IMG/VR virus record: IMGVR_UViG_2595698952_000001
Coordinates: 96,001 to 160,000 of that record
Strand: one strand, 5' to 3'
DNA: 64,000 bases
Source of the DNA: a virus
Taxonomy: Duplodnaviria; Caudoviricetes
Part shown: positions 8,610 through 18,468 of the stretch, in pieces
Layout of the letters: every line of letters begins with the position of its first letter
Position numbering within the stretch: position 1 is the first letter of the stretch
Position numbers and translations under genes: made by a program
The notes under the pieces: generated by a model
Databases searched by the model: none
The model's input: the letters and a program-made list of their open reading frames with translations, nothing else
What the model was told of the DNA's origin: nothing

Positions 8610-9356
8610 TTGAAAATCATGCTGCCAATCTATCCCAAGCCATATATGCCGACCATGCCCTCGATTGTTGTGGGGGCGGATGTTGAAACCCAATCCTTGC
8701 GTGACGATGCGTATATCATCGCCATGGGCCTTGTAGGCTTTGATATTCCGACCATGAAAATGGTAGGGTCGTTCTACAAGACGATTGACCCGAAAGATCC
8801 AAAGGCGATGGAAATCTTTCATATCGACCCATCAACGTTAGGTTGGTGGGAAGGTAAAGATAACCCGGATTACGCCCCGACTGAGCAGGCCCGTATTGAA
8901 GCCTTCTCAGGTACGGAAAAAATCGACCAGGTATTGTGGGAAGCGAAAAAGTGGCTGGACACCATTTCGGCCAACCACGAAATCGTCATTACCATGCGCG
9001 GGCCGGAATTCGACAGCCCGAAAATCATGAACGCGTTCCAGCAGTGCGATGTGCCTGCGGGCAAGTTCCGGAAGTTCTCTATTCTGGATTCTGACCGTAC
9101 CACTGAGCGACTGGCTCACGCGTTTGGCCTGGTGCCGAATCACACCGCAGAAGCCCATCACTGGACACGCGGTAAAGACGCCTACGAACACAATGCCGGT
9201 TTCGATGCAGCAAAAGAAGCGTACTGTACCGCTCGCATGTATCACCTCGCGCTCGTGGCGAAAACTTACGGCTTCGAAAGAATGCTGGAATGCCACAACG
9301 AGATGTGCAGCGGCGAATACGTTGCTCCGCAGTTGAGAAACCAGTTACAAGCTTAA
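8610..9356 (+). CDS. DEDDh 3'-5' exonuclease (RNase T/Rv2179c-like)
   Basis: ADVET (Exo I), RGPEFD (Exo II), HNAGFDA (Exo III). Confidence 0.8.
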   Translation: MKIMLPIYPKPYMPTMPSIVVGADVETQSLRDDAYIIAMGLVGFDIPTMKMVGSFYKTIDPKDPKAMEIFHIDPSTLGWWEGKDNPDYAPTEQARIEAFSGTEKIDQVLWEAKKWLDTISANHEIVITMRGPEFDSPKIMNAFQQCDVPAGKFRKFSILDSDRTTERLAHAFGLVPNHTAEAHHWTRGKDAYEHNAGFDAAKEAYCTARMYHLALVAKTYGFERMLECHNEMCSGEYVAPQLRNQLQA

Positions 9357-9366
9357 GAGAATAAGA

Positions 9367-10878
9367 ATGAGAGACGTCGATGTAGCTGTTATCTACACAG
9401 ACGGTAGCCACACATCTGCCCCGGTTGGTACCGGGGCAGGTATTCACGGTTACCTGTTTAACCACGGAGACTTGGAGCCGGATCACGGTTATCGTCACCC
9501 AAGTATCTCGGAAGCCATCACAACAGGAGGTTATAAGCAAGTTCCGAAAGACACCAAACTTCCGGACGTGCCTGAGTCTGTACAGTTCGTCGACGCTGTG
9601 GTACCGGTACCCAAAGAATTCTATTCTGACGTGGGTGAGTTAATTGCTTTCCTGACGTTGTTCGAGAGCGCACCGTTTCAGGCGCGCAATTACGTCATCT
9701 TCGTGGACGCCACGTATGTACTGAACACGTACAACGATTGGATTGACGGTTGGGCCAGGAACGGTTGGCGTCGTGCAGACGGCACCCCGATTGCTAACGT
9801 CGAGCTTATCAAACGTATCTGGGAAGTGAAGCAACGCCTTAAAAAGGAAGGTCGTGGTGTTAAGCTTCTTAAAATCAAAGGTCACTCTGGACGATACGGG
9901 AATGACCGTGCTGATGAAATGGCGCGTAAAGGCTCTGCAATCTCTGCAACCGGTGAAGGGGTCATGTACCAAGCCTATTGGTCACAAGACGAACTGCCGC
10001 AGTGTGCGGAACCGGAAGTCGTAGGCGCGGGTAACAACATGGCGGCGTATTCGCCGATTTGCACCATGAAGTATTGCTATCCGGTTGTTGAGGAAACACC
10101 ACCGACGGCCGAGGTCAAGGGTGAGACGTTCCACTATATGTTCGGGGGCAACCACGCAAAGAACAAAGACGACTTGGTGTTTATTGGGAAGATGATTCCC
10201 GAAGCCCACTTCGCGGTGCTCTTTACGAAAGAACCCTGGGACAACGTGTACACCATTGTGAACGCGCACAATCAGGAAGCCTGGGATAACGTACCGGTTC
10301 AACGACGTTATCAACCGGTCGCGGTACTGAACAACGAATTCGTCAAGCGTAAGAAGTTTGCCGAAGCGGCGAAAGACGGTATTCCGGTTTCGCAAATGCG
10401 GTTCAGTGAAGACAAGAACGTCTGGTTCTTTGATGACCTGGCCATTTCGCGAATGCTGCGTCCGCCGTTGTTGTCGTATCGGGCGTTGAAGATTCGTGAC
10501 GAGTTGGCGGGGTGGTTAAACGACTGTCTGACCGAACAGCCACGGGTGGTGATGAACGACATTACCGATATGCTGTATGACGAAAACGGCAAGCCACGCA
10601 AAGACTTCTACCGCTCGGTTGACCGTAGTTTCGACGTGCAGTTGAAAATCCCAGCGGGCAAAGTTGAGATTCCGATTATCCTCACGCGTTCAATCGACAT
10701 CCCTTCGCGTACGGAGCTGAACCGTATCAAAGAACCGGAAGGGCGTTTCTACGTGGCCGTAACGCGTCCACAGGAACGCTACATCGAGTATGCGATTGTG
10801 TATGTTGGGAAAGAGTATCATGGGTTGTGGTGTGCGTACTACGCCAACAAACGCATCCTGAACGACAAAGAGGTGTAA
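9367..10878 (+). CDS. rnhA: Ribonuclease HI with C-terminal extension
   Basis: IYTDGS, GELIA, VDATYV, WARNGW, KIKGHSG..GNDRADEMA RNase HI motifs. Confidence 0.9.
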   Translation: MRDVDVAVIYTDGSHTSAPVGTGAGIHGYLFNHGDLEPDHGYRHPSISEAITTGGYKQVPKDTKLPDVPESVQFVDAVVPVPKEFYSDVGELIAFLTLFESAPFQARNYVIFVDATYVLNTYNDWIDGWARNGWRRADGTPIANVELIKRIWEVKQRLKKEGRGVKLLKIKGHSGRYGNDRADEMARKGSAISATGEGVMYQAYWSQDELPQCAEPEVVGAGNNMAAYSPICTMKYCYPVVEETPPTAEVKGETFHYMFGGNHAKNKDDLVFIGKMIPEAHFAVLFTKEPWDNVYTIVNAHNQEAWDNVPVQRRYQPVAVLNNEFVKRKKFAEAAKDGIPVSQMRFSEDKNVWFFDDLAISRMLRPPLLSYRALKIRDELAGWLNDCLTEQPRVVMNDITDMLYDENGKPRKDFYRSVDRSFDVQLKIPAGKVEIPIILTRSIDIPSRTELNRIKEPEGRFYVAVTRPQERYIEYAIVYVGKEYHGLWCAYYANKRILNDKEV

Positions 10879-10879
10879 G

Positions 10880-11614
10880 ATGAAGCGAATCGTGAGTGAG
10901 TCACTCACGCTCCACGCACAGAGCCTGATTAAGTGTGTAGAGAAGTATGGGTGGGATTCATGGTTAAGCCATTTACGCCTGATGGACGATACCGTCGAGC
11001 GTGATTGGGACAAACTGGAAGCAGTGGGTGCTGAGGCTGCTCGCGACGTTGTGGCTGAACTGGTAACGGATACCATTGCTCGATACAACGCCCGTTGCGA
11101 TGAACCCATTCCCAAAACTGTACCGCCCCAGATTCCGGCATTGCCAACCATTGACCGGCAAGCGTGCCGTATCTGGACGATGGAGGAGTTGTACGACGAG
11201 CACATCCGGATGCTTAAGCCGGACGTGTTAATCACCGGAGCATTGAACTGGTACCTCACCCGTTTCTGGTCTGAACTGTGCAATATCGGCAACGACTGGG
11301 ACAACGACCCGCAGCTTATCTGGTACGATCGCCAGCATTTCCATGAATCACTGAAAAGCGGCACAATTTGCCCGCTGTACGTCATTACCAGCCCGCAACA
11401 GCTGCACTTCATTACCGAGGCGGATACCTACGGTGGGTTGGTTGAGGCGGTTGCTGAGAAACCGATGGGGTTCTTTAAGCAGGGTGAAGCGTGGGTGCTG
11501 ACGGATGACATGGCCGGGTATCTGATTGACCCGGATGATTTGCATTCTGATGACGATGACTTTATCGAATATTGGGTGTTAACACCGGAAGCCCTTCAAA
11601 AAACTTTCAAATAG
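10880..11614 (+). CDS. Hypothetical acidic, Trp-rich protein
   Basis: 244-aa ORF, GAGGT RBS. Confidence 0.75.
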   Translation: MKRIVSESLTLHAQSLIKCVEKYGWDSWLSHLRLMDDTVERDWDKLEAVGAEAARDVVAELVTDTIARYNARCDEPIPKTVPPQIPALPTIDRQACRIWTMEELYDEHIRMLKPDVLITGALNWYLTRFWSELCNIGNDWDNDPQLIWYDRQHFHESLKSGTICPLYVITSPQQLHFITEADTYGGLVEAVAEKPMGFFKQGEAWVLTDDMAGYLIDPDDLHSDDDDFIEYWVLTPEALQKTFK

Positions 11615-11622
11615 ATATTATC
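11605..11622 (+). promoter_or_regulatory. Candidate early promoter motif
   Basis: TTTCAAATAGATATTATC, 16/18 identical to the 2725 copy. Confidence 0.55.
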
Positions 11623-11654
11623 TGTACGACCAGCACCACCTTAAGGAGTATGTA

Positions 11655-12389
11655 ATGCTAAAGGTACAGGTGCCACAATTGCAGAAAATCAACCCCTCGT
11701 TATTCGAGGGGCTTTTCTTTAAATTTTGGCCTCACTATTTCCGTAATGAATTGCAGGGCAATCTGAACTGGGGACTGCTGCAAAGCGAGTTCTTTTATAC
11801 CGGTCAGAGTATTGCCATCGCGGTCTATTCCGGAATGCTGCGTGAGCTGTTCGACGCAGTTAATCTTGGACGGTCGCCTAACTTCCAGCGTCTGGATGTC
11901 GATTTAGCGATGCATTTCGACGCCTATGAAGCGGATGATGTCGGTACGCCATACGGGTTTGAAAACGATGTTGTAGAAAGTCAAATCTACGGGTGGTTAG
12001 ACAGCTATTCCACCTGGCTGATGTCAAATGAGATGTTAGTGAAAGTCACGCAGGTTTTCGAGGCAGTGTATAACGACTTGAAAATCATCAAAGAGCAACA
12101 CGGTCTCCTCGGCTACTGGTACGAGTTTTATACCACGGAATCTAAACTATGGGAATCCAACTCGTTTGCGATTGGGATTCAAGAAGGGGACTTTGAGGCT
12201 ATCTATTACGGTCCGTGGCAAGGTCACGCCGGTGATGAGTTTTATAACCGGATGGATGTCCATTCGTGGGAGTTCTTTTTATCCGACGGTAAGTTGTATT
12301 TGGAAGACGGGGCAACCCAGATTCCGGTCGGTCAGATGACGACAATGTGTCGACTGAATGACCTTGTAGGTAAGATGATAAACTTTTAA
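11655..12389 (+). CDS. Hypothetical protein
   Basis: 244-aa ORF, TAAGGAG RBS. Confidence 0.8.
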   Translation: MLKVQVPQLQKINPSLFEGLFFKFWPHYFRNELQGNLNWGLLQSEFFYTGQSIAIAVYSGMLRELFDAVNLGRSPNFQRLDVDLAMHFDAYEADDVGTPYGFENDVVESQIYGWLDSYSTWLMSNEMLVKVTQVFEAVYNDLKIIKEQHGLLGYWYEFYTTESKLWESNSFAIGIQEGDFEAIYYGPWQGHAGDEFYNRMDVHSWEFFLSDGKLYLEDGATQIPVGQMTTMCRLNDLVGKMINF

Positions 12390-12405
12390 CCCATTAGGAG
12401 CATGT

Positions 12406-12783
12406 ATGATTCACGCAGAAATGAAAGAACTGATTCAGAACAACCTGGACGCTGGCCTGGTACTCTACGTTGTTCATCCTGAACTGAAACAAGAATGGTT
12501 GCAGGGTCAAATGACTGACCTGCGTTGGGCCGTACTGGACACCGATGGTCGCACTTCCATTACCGACATGGGGCGGATGCTACGCCAAACCGCACTTGAA
12601 GCAAATAAGTTGGTACAAGTGCGCACCACACAAAACGAACCACATATCCGCTTTGCCAATGAAGCCGATGTAGTGGTTTTAGTTGGCTTCGCGGAAGAGA
12701 ACGTACCGTTCTTCGGTGAGAACGTCATTATCTCGAAGTTCCGTACTGTTCAAGAAATTCCCCGTAAAGTGTTCCCGATTTGA
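12406..12783 (+). CDS. Hypothetical protein
   Basis: 125-aa ORF, AGGAG RBS. Confidence 0.75.
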   Translation: MIHAEMKELIQNNLDAGLVLYVVHPELKQEWLQGQMTDLRWAVLDTDGRTSITDMGRMLRQTALEANKLVQVRTTQNEPHIRFANEADVVVLVGFAEENVPFFGENVIISKFRTVQEIPRKVFPI

Positions 12784-13601
12784 AACGGGTCAAGATGTAC
12801 GCGTTGTTGATGCTGGATGATTGGTTCCAGCACCAAACGACGAACAAGAAAGCGGCGAAAATCGCGTACTTCGTCATGGGCAAAGTTATTAGTGAACTGC
12901 GTTGGGATCACTCGTCTTTCTTCGAGCAGTTACTGCGGGGATTGTGCCACGATTTCGACAACTGGGACTACAGCATTAAACGTAGCCTGTTGTTTGATGC
13001 TTGGTGGGAGGTCTCCGAAGAAAACGAATCGTGGTTTAAGCGCGATACCGAAGAAGCGAGTCGCATTATCACCAAAATGTTGTTCGACCCGTCTGACCCT
13101 CGGCAGTTGCGGATTCATAACCGCATGTACCAGATGGGTGAGAACTGGTTGTGGGCCACGCAGGAAGTCGCTGCGGCTTTAGACAGTCCGGTTTCGCTTG
13201 CCTCCTACGAAGACCTACAAGCACACAACTTGTGGTTCGGAGGGGAGGAAGAAGAGTACGGCGATGCTGTTGTGGAGCTGTATCTCTATCCTGAGGATGA
13301 AGATTGGCCTGCACTCATTGCCAAGTACCCCACCGAAGACTACGTCTGGTTGGTACGGGGTGTATTCTGGGAACCGGTGCTCGATGTGGTGTGCCACAAA
13401 GGGGTGACGATTCTCGACCGGTCAGTGATAGTGCAGCAGATGATTAGGAATATCGGTTATGATGACGGTTTACAGTCAGTCTTTGCTCGAAGTTCAGAAA
13501 TGGTTCGAGACCTGCGAGACAACATCGAGACGGGGAACTCTCTATCTCCTGATAGCGGAACTGATGATCAACAGCACGCTGACGATAATCAGCAAAGTTG
13601 A
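12780..13601 (+). CDS. Hypothetical acidic, Trp-rich protein
   Basis: 273-aa ORF coupled to the upstream stop. Confidence 0.75.
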   Translation: MKRVKMYALLMLDDWFQHQTTNKKAAKIAYFVMGKVISELRWDHSSFFEQLLRGLCHDFDNWDYSIKRSLLFDAWWEVSEENESWFKRDTEEASRIITKMLFDPSDPRQLRIHNRMYQMGENWLWATQEVAAALDSPVSLASYEDLQAHNLWFGGEEEEYGDAVVELYLYPEDEDWPALIAKYPTEDYVWLVRGVFWEPVLDVVCHKGVTILDRSVIVQQMIRNIGYDDGLQSVFARSSEMVRDLRDNIETGNSLSPDSGTDDQQHADDNQQS

Positions 13602-13890
13602 TAAGCAGGTCGACTTCACGCCGGGCGAATACCGTGAGGTATTAGAGGCGTTGAAAGAGAAGTATCGGGGAATGGCAGACGCGGATATGTGGCGGGAGGC
13701 GGATAAGCATTTTACTAACCTGCTCTCCGCCCAGCCCCGTTTAATCGAGCAGTTTCTGAAAGAGCTGATTAGCACTAACCATCACGGTGTTGGCATGGTG
13801 TACAATGCTAAAGACCTGGTGAGTTGTTGTTATCGCCTGCGGCAACCGGCGGATGTTGTAATTGATAACTTGGCCTTAAGGAGTATGTAA
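13564..13890 (+). CDS. Hypothetical protein (start uncertain, frame open from 13459)
   Basis: Fills the gap; TAATG coupling to the next gene. Confidence 0.6.
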   Translation: MINSTLTIISKVDKQVDFTPGEYREVLEALKEKYRGMADADMWREADKHFTNLLSAQPRLIEQFLKELISTNHHGVGMVYNAKDLVSCCYRLRQPADVVIDNLALRSM

Positions 13891-14426
13891 TGCGCCTGAT
13901 AGTTGACTTTGCGTTAAGCGCCTCGCGGAATAATTTAAACATTGCTCTAACCGCTCTGCGTAAAGAAGTTCAATTTGAGCTGCATGATAAACTGGCGGAG
14001 TATGAAAATAAGTATTCCGAGGAACAGGGCGGTGAAGAGGTTGCTATTCTTGATGTGGACGCAATGGTTAACTCATTGATCGGACAGATGGAAGACGCAC
14101 TGATGTCGGTTGTCCACTATCCGCACATCCTTCGCGTCAACGACGCCCAGTCCGAAATCGAAACGGTAATGAACGAGGCTTTCCGTCGCGCCGTTGAAAC
14201 GATTACACGTATACGTAAAACCGACGTGAAAGAACTTTACGTTTCTATTATTCGTAAAGATGGAAACATGGTAATCAACGATACTGTAACGTGGCCAGAC
14301 GTATTAGATGATGAAGTGATTCTCCGTCTGAATAACATATTCAGGCAGGCACAGACGAAAGTTATCGATATTTGCCAAAGCGAACTACATTACTTAGCGG
14401 TTATGTACGATAAGGAGTTGGAATGA
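13890..14426 (+). CDS. Hypothetical helical protein (paralog cluster member 1)
   Basis: 178 aa, TAAGGAG RBS. Confidence 0.75.
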   Translation: MRLIVDFALSASRNNLNIALTALRKEVQFELHDKLAEYENKYSEEQGGEEVAILDVDAMVNSLIGQMEDALMSVVHYPHILRVNDAQSEIETVMNEAFRRAVETITRIRKTDVKELYVSIIRKDGNMVINDTVTWPDVLDDEVILRLNNIFRQAQTKVIDICQSELHYLAVMYDKELE

Positions 14427-14941
14427 AAATTTACTTTAACCTGACGGACGACAGTCTGAGAGAGCTGTGGCCTAAAGCCATGAATAACTTGCGTAATGTT
14501 GTTCATGACATGGTCAAAGCCCACATGGAGCCGGAGCTGGAATACTACAGCATGACGGTCACCAATACCGTGTTGGGTGAAGTCTACTGGCGGGCGGGTG
14601 AGCTGTCGCGTAACATCGGCATGTTCGAATACGACAGTTCCGATTTGGTTGACGGGAACATGGAGAAGCAGATCAGCCGATTTACCATGGAGCTGAAAGT
14701 CGATGAAGTAATCGATAACATCGGTAAACACTTCAATGACAAAGAGGCGCGGGAGAAGTGGCTCAATGAGCAGACTTCCGAAGACCGTTCTATCGAAGCG
14801 CTGCGTACCTTTAAGTGGGATGAATTCTACCCGCTGTATATCGGTGCGGTGTCCAGCGCGTTACGCAGTATCGAAGAGGAAATCTGGAAGAGTATCGTGG
14901 ATACGGTCAATCGCCTGGTTATCCAAATCGAGAAAAAGTAA
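14423..14941 (+). CDS. Hypothetical helical protein (paralog cluster member 2)
   Basis: 172 aa, TAAGGAG RBS, ATGA coupling. Confidence 0.75.
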   Translation: MKIYFNLTDDSLRELWPKAMNNLRNVVHDMVKAHMEPELEYYSMTVTNTVLGEVYWRAGELSRNIGMFEYDSSDLVDGNMEKQISRFTMELKVDEVIDNIGKHFNDKEAREKWLNEQTSEDRSIEALRTFKWDEFYPLYIGAVSSALRSIEEEIWKSIVDTVNRLVIQIEKK

Positions 14942-15435
14942 TGCGTATTTTCGTGGACATCAACACGACCAATGTTTACGATGCGTTCTCGCTGGGGTTC
15001 GAAGGTATATTAGAGCGAACCCTGGCACACCATCGTACATTAGTTGCTAACCACCACAACGAACGCGTGAGGGTAAATGCAGAGTATTACCGCTCGGTTG
15101 TGTACGAGAATCATCTGTCCTCGATTCTCTACAAAGCCTTTGGTAATTTTAATTCTCTCATCTCCTATCAACTACTCTGCATCAATACCGAACAACAGAT
15201 GGTGAAAGACGATGACATTGTTGAACGTTTAACAAACATGGCGCTGTCTGATACTGTCCGGGAACTGGTGAAGTTCGATGAGCAGGATAAGCTGGAGTAT
15301 CATCTGTTTGATGAGGACGTCATGGATTTACTTTACGGCGAACTCGACGAATTCCGTGATGAGTTAATTCGTGTTATTCGTGCAGAGGTCAATGACGCTC
15401 TGACCGCCGCGATTGTCTGGGTGAAAAATAAATAA
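14941..15435 (+). CDS. Hypothetical helical protein (paralog cluster member 3)
   Basis: 164 aa, TAATG coupling. Confidence 0.75.
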   Translation: MRIFVDINTTNVYDAFSLGFEGILERTLAHHRTLVANHHNERVRVNAEYYRSVVYENHLSSILYKAFGNFNSLISYQLLCINTEQQMVKDDDIVERLTNMALSDTVRELVKFDEQDKLEYHLFDEDVMDLLYGELDEFRDELIRVIRAEVNDALTAAIVWVKNK

Positions 15436-15438
15436 AGG

Positions 15439-15480
15439 CTACCCACTCCGCAGGGAGTGGGTAGTACCTTTCTTTTTTTG
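15439..15480. terminator. Bidirectional terminator
   Basis: CTACCCACTCC-GCAG-GGAGTGGGTAG flanked by A- and T-tracts between convergent genes. Confidence 0.85.
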
Positions 15481-15481
15481 T

Positions 15482-16237
15482 TTATTTTTTGTTTGATTTC
15501 AGCTCTTTCAAGCGCTCACCGGTGGTGTTCAAACATTCAATCATTTCGTTAACCTGTTTCATGAACAGGCCAAACAGTTCAACCCAGTCGCTACCACAGT
15601 CAACCATCAGCACCAACTCTTTCGCGACGTTCGGGTGCACCGTTGCATTTGCAATGATGTCCACAGAAGCGTGGATAGATTCGATGGTGTTATCGACGTT
15701 GGTGCGCAGCTTTTTAGTCAGTTCCAGGTTCAGGGCTTTCGCGCGGTTAAACGCAATGTCAATTTCGCCTGCACTGTGGAACGTCTTTTCAATCGCCCGT
15801 TGGTCGATGACGTTATTGGTATAGGACTTGGAAAGCTTTTCGACCAGGTCTTTGGGGTTGATGTTTTTCAGTGGGAACTTCACGTCTTTATAACGGAAAC
15901 CCACAGGTAAAGACAACATTCCCACTTCGTGTGTAAGGGCCGATAATTGTTTGTCGATAGGACGCAGAACGCCGTCATGGATTTTCTGCAATGTGTCCCA
16001 GACGGATTCCAGTCTTTCAATATGATCCATGGCGTACGTATTGAAGCCTGGTGGTACAGAGACCAACATGCCGGTGAAGTTCAGGAACTTCTCTTGCTGC
16101 ATCCACTTGGAGACATCAGACATGTCGTCATACGTGGTCAGTGCCAGTTCCTGTTGCGGGCCGGTAAAGCCTTTCGGCAGAATCGCTGCGGCTTTGGAGA
16201 CAAAGCCTGACAACGCCTCAAGTGGATTAACATTCAT
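15482..16237 (-). CDS. Putative virion protein (divergent from the UvsX locus)
   Basis: 251-aa helical ORF; position matches the phiKZ gp153-like gene (synteny inference). Confidence 0.6.
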   Translation of the reverse strand: MNVNPLEALSGFVSKAAAILPKGFTGPQQELALTTYDDMSDVSKWMQQEKFLNFTGMLVSVPPGFNTYAMDHIERLESVWDTLQKIHDGVLRPIDKQLSALTHEVGMLSLPVGFRYKDVKFPLKNINPKDLVEKLSKSYTNNVIDQRAIEKTFHSAGEIDIAFNRAKALNLELTKKLRTNVDNTIESIHASVDIIANATVHPNVAKELVLMVDCGSDWVELFGLFMKQVNEMIECLNTTGERLKELKSNKK

Positions 16238-16337
16238 ACTCTTAACCTCGGAAATAGGGGATTGGGCTACATACTAAAGTCTTTTTACGTATTACCCAAA
16301 CCTTATGAACGAGCCTAACCTATAAGGTAACAACTCG

Positions 16338-16637
16338 ATGAAAATCAAATTACTGACTCGTGAACTCGGCACCAAAGTTGATCTGGAAATCTATTTGACT
16401 CCGGCCAAGCTGGACGAGAACAAGAAACCGACCACGGTAGGTAAAATCCTCAGCATCACGTCGTTGCCGTCAGGTAAGCGCGTTGTTGAGATTGAAATCG
16501 ATGACCGGAACAAAAACCGTTTCAAAGATGTCAAGAACCCGAATCCTAAAGATTTGGACGAGGTTACCGACTGGGTAGAAACTTACTTTGAAGTCTGGCA
16601 CAAACGTCGTCTGCTTCTTTCGACTAAAAAACGCTAA
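16338..16637 (+). CDS. Hypothetical protein
   Basis: 99-aa ORF with AAGGT RBS upstream of the recombinase. Confidence 0.7.
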   Translation: MKIKLLTRELGTKVDLEIYLTPAKLDENKKPTTVGKILSITSLPSGKRVVEIEIDDRNKNRFKDVKNPNPKDLDEVTDWVETYFEVWHKRRLLLSTKKR

Positions 16638-16652
16638 TTGACGGAGCGCTAA

Positions 16653-18137
16653 ATGGCAGGTCCAGCTAAACAAGTCATGGGTGAAGTGATTCGCCCTCGT
16701 TTTAACGTCTATACCATCATGGACCACGCTCTCGGTAACTACGAGAAGGGGGAAGATGGTTTATACTACCTCAACGGTGGTTTTGCCCACATCATGGGTT
16801 TCGCAGGTCGTGGTAATACCTTTAAGTCCACACTGATGGACTTTTGTATCTTCATGATTCTGCAACGTTACGCGGCTGCCTGGGGGTCGAAGTATGACAC
16901 CGAAGTTACAGCTGCTTTGAACCGACTCGAAACTGGATTTATCTCTGCCGCGAAAGCGAACGGGATTGAAGGTGGCAGTGTGTTGGATATGATCCATGAA
17001 GGCAAGTACAATATGGTCGGCTCTGACATCATGCCGGGTGAAGAATATTACTCTTCTTACATTCGTGACGAAATTGAAAACCGTTTCAAAGAGTACATGA
17101 AAGGTAAGACGCGTGAGACGCCGTTCCTCGATCCTGTTCGTCGCGCTGCCAAGCGTCTCCTCGATCCGTGGTTGTACTCGATTGACTCCCTGTCTGAGTG
17201 GCACTCGTCGAAGATTGAAGACAAGCACGCTGAAACCAACGTCGGTGACTCCGAGCAGAACGCCTTAAACATGCGTGACTCGCTGGAGAAATCCAACATG
17301 ATGAGTCGTTGGCCGTCTGCCTTTGCTCGTGGTGGTTTCTACATGGGCTTCGTGGCACAGCTGGCGGACGATTCTGGTAAAGCAATGTCGAGCGGTGGGC
17401 GTGGTGCTAAACCTGCTAACGCCAAACTGCTGGATGATGCAGGCGACGATCTGAAGTTTGCGGGTATCCCTCGTCGTCAGCTGTCGTTCCTGACCAACTC
17501 CCTGCTGGTTGCGACCAAGTCCGGTGAGCTGAAACACGACGGCAGCTACAACGCCAAGACCGGTGTGAACGAAGAGAAATACCCAACTGCACGTTCGAAG
17601 GCAATGAATGCTTCCGTGAACGATTTGAAAGAAATCGTCTTCACGCAGTACCGTGCAAAGGGTGGTCACACTGGCGTTAAATTCCGTATGGTGTTCTCGC
17701 AAGAGATGGGTCTGCTGTATCACCTCTCTCTGTGGCATTACCTGGCGGAAGTGTTGAAAGACGAATGGGGTTATACCCGCAGCGGTGCAAACTATGAACT
17801 GCACCTCCTGCCGGGGACAAAGTTCATGCGTACCACCGTGCGTGATATGTGTGACGACGATCAACGTCTGCGCCGTGCACTGGAAATCACCGCAGCACTG
17901 GCGTACATGCAGAACAACTACCACCGTCTGGAAATGAAGTACCACATCACACCGGAACAGCTGTGGAAGCTTATCGATGAGAAGTGGGACTGGAACGAGA
18001 TTCTGGACAACACGGTTGAATACTGGATGTTCAAAGACCAGGAAGTCAAAGGGGGCAAACGTTGCTTGACCGCAATGTCGCTGCTGGCGATGGCAGTTGA
18101 TGGTCTGGAACCGAAGTTCTTAACCAAAAAGAAATAA
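16653..18137 (+). CDS. uvsX: RecA/UvsX-like recombinase ATPase
   Basis: Walker A GRGNTFKS, YDTE, Walker B YSIDSLSE; size and context match the phiKZ-like UvsX. Confidence 0.8.
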   Translation: MAGPAKQVMGEVIRPRFNVYTIMDHALGNYEKGEDGLYYLNGGFAHIMGFAGRGNTFKSTLMDFCIFMILQRYAAAWGSKYDTEVTAALNRLETGFISAAKANGIEGGSVLDMIHEGKYNMVGSDIMPGEEYYSSYIRDEIENRFKEYMKGKTRETPFLDPVRRAAKRLLDPWLYSIDSLSEWHSSKIEDKHAETNVGDSEQNALNMRDSLEKSNMMSRWPSAFARGGFYMGFVAQLADDSGKAMSSGGRGAKPANAKLLDDAGDDLKFAGIPRRQLSFLTNSLLVATKSGELKHDGSYNAKTGVNEEKYPTARSKAMNASVNDLKEIVFTQYRAKGGHTGVKFRMVFSQEMGLLYHLSLWHYLAEVLKDEWGYTRSGANYELHLLPGTKFMRTTVRDMCDDDQRLRRALEITAALAYMQNNYHRLEMKYHITPEQLWKLIDEKWDWNEILDNTVEYWMFKDQEVKGGKRCLTAMSLLAMAVDGLEPKFLTKKK

Positions 18138-18143
18138 TGGCCT

Positions 18144-18169
18144 GGGCGGGGAAACCCGCCCTTTTTATT
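18144..18169 (+). terminator. Rho-independent terminator
   Basis: GGGCGGG-GAAA-CCCGCCC followed by TTTTT. Confidence 0.8.
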
Positions 18170-18180
18170 GTTGAGGAACG

Positions 18181-18468
18181 ATGATGCGTTATCAGAAAGA
18201 TATTATCGAGCGTCTTTCTCAGGGGCTGGCCGGTGTCGACCAGAACCTTAGCGCTCAATTCAGTAATGCGTTCTCGGCAAGTCGTCCTGATTTGAAAACC
18301 TTCTGCAACGAGGTTAATGAGCATTATGCAAATTTGCTCTCACCTGCCAGTAGCAGTAAAGTGATTCAAATCGGCGTACCCGAACGAGAGAGCGCGATAC
18401 CATTCTGGATTGACGACCTGGAAGCCGCGGCACTACCCACGCTCCGCAAAGCGAGGACGGTACAATGA
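18181..18468 (+). CDS. Hypothetical protein
   Basis: 95 aa, GAGGA RBS, coupled to the RNAP subunit gene. Confidence 0.7.
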   Translation: MMRYQKDIIERLSQGLAGVDQNLSAQFSNAFSASRPDLKTFCNEVNEHYANLLSPASSSKVIQIGVPERESAIPFWIDDLEAAALPTLRKARTVQ

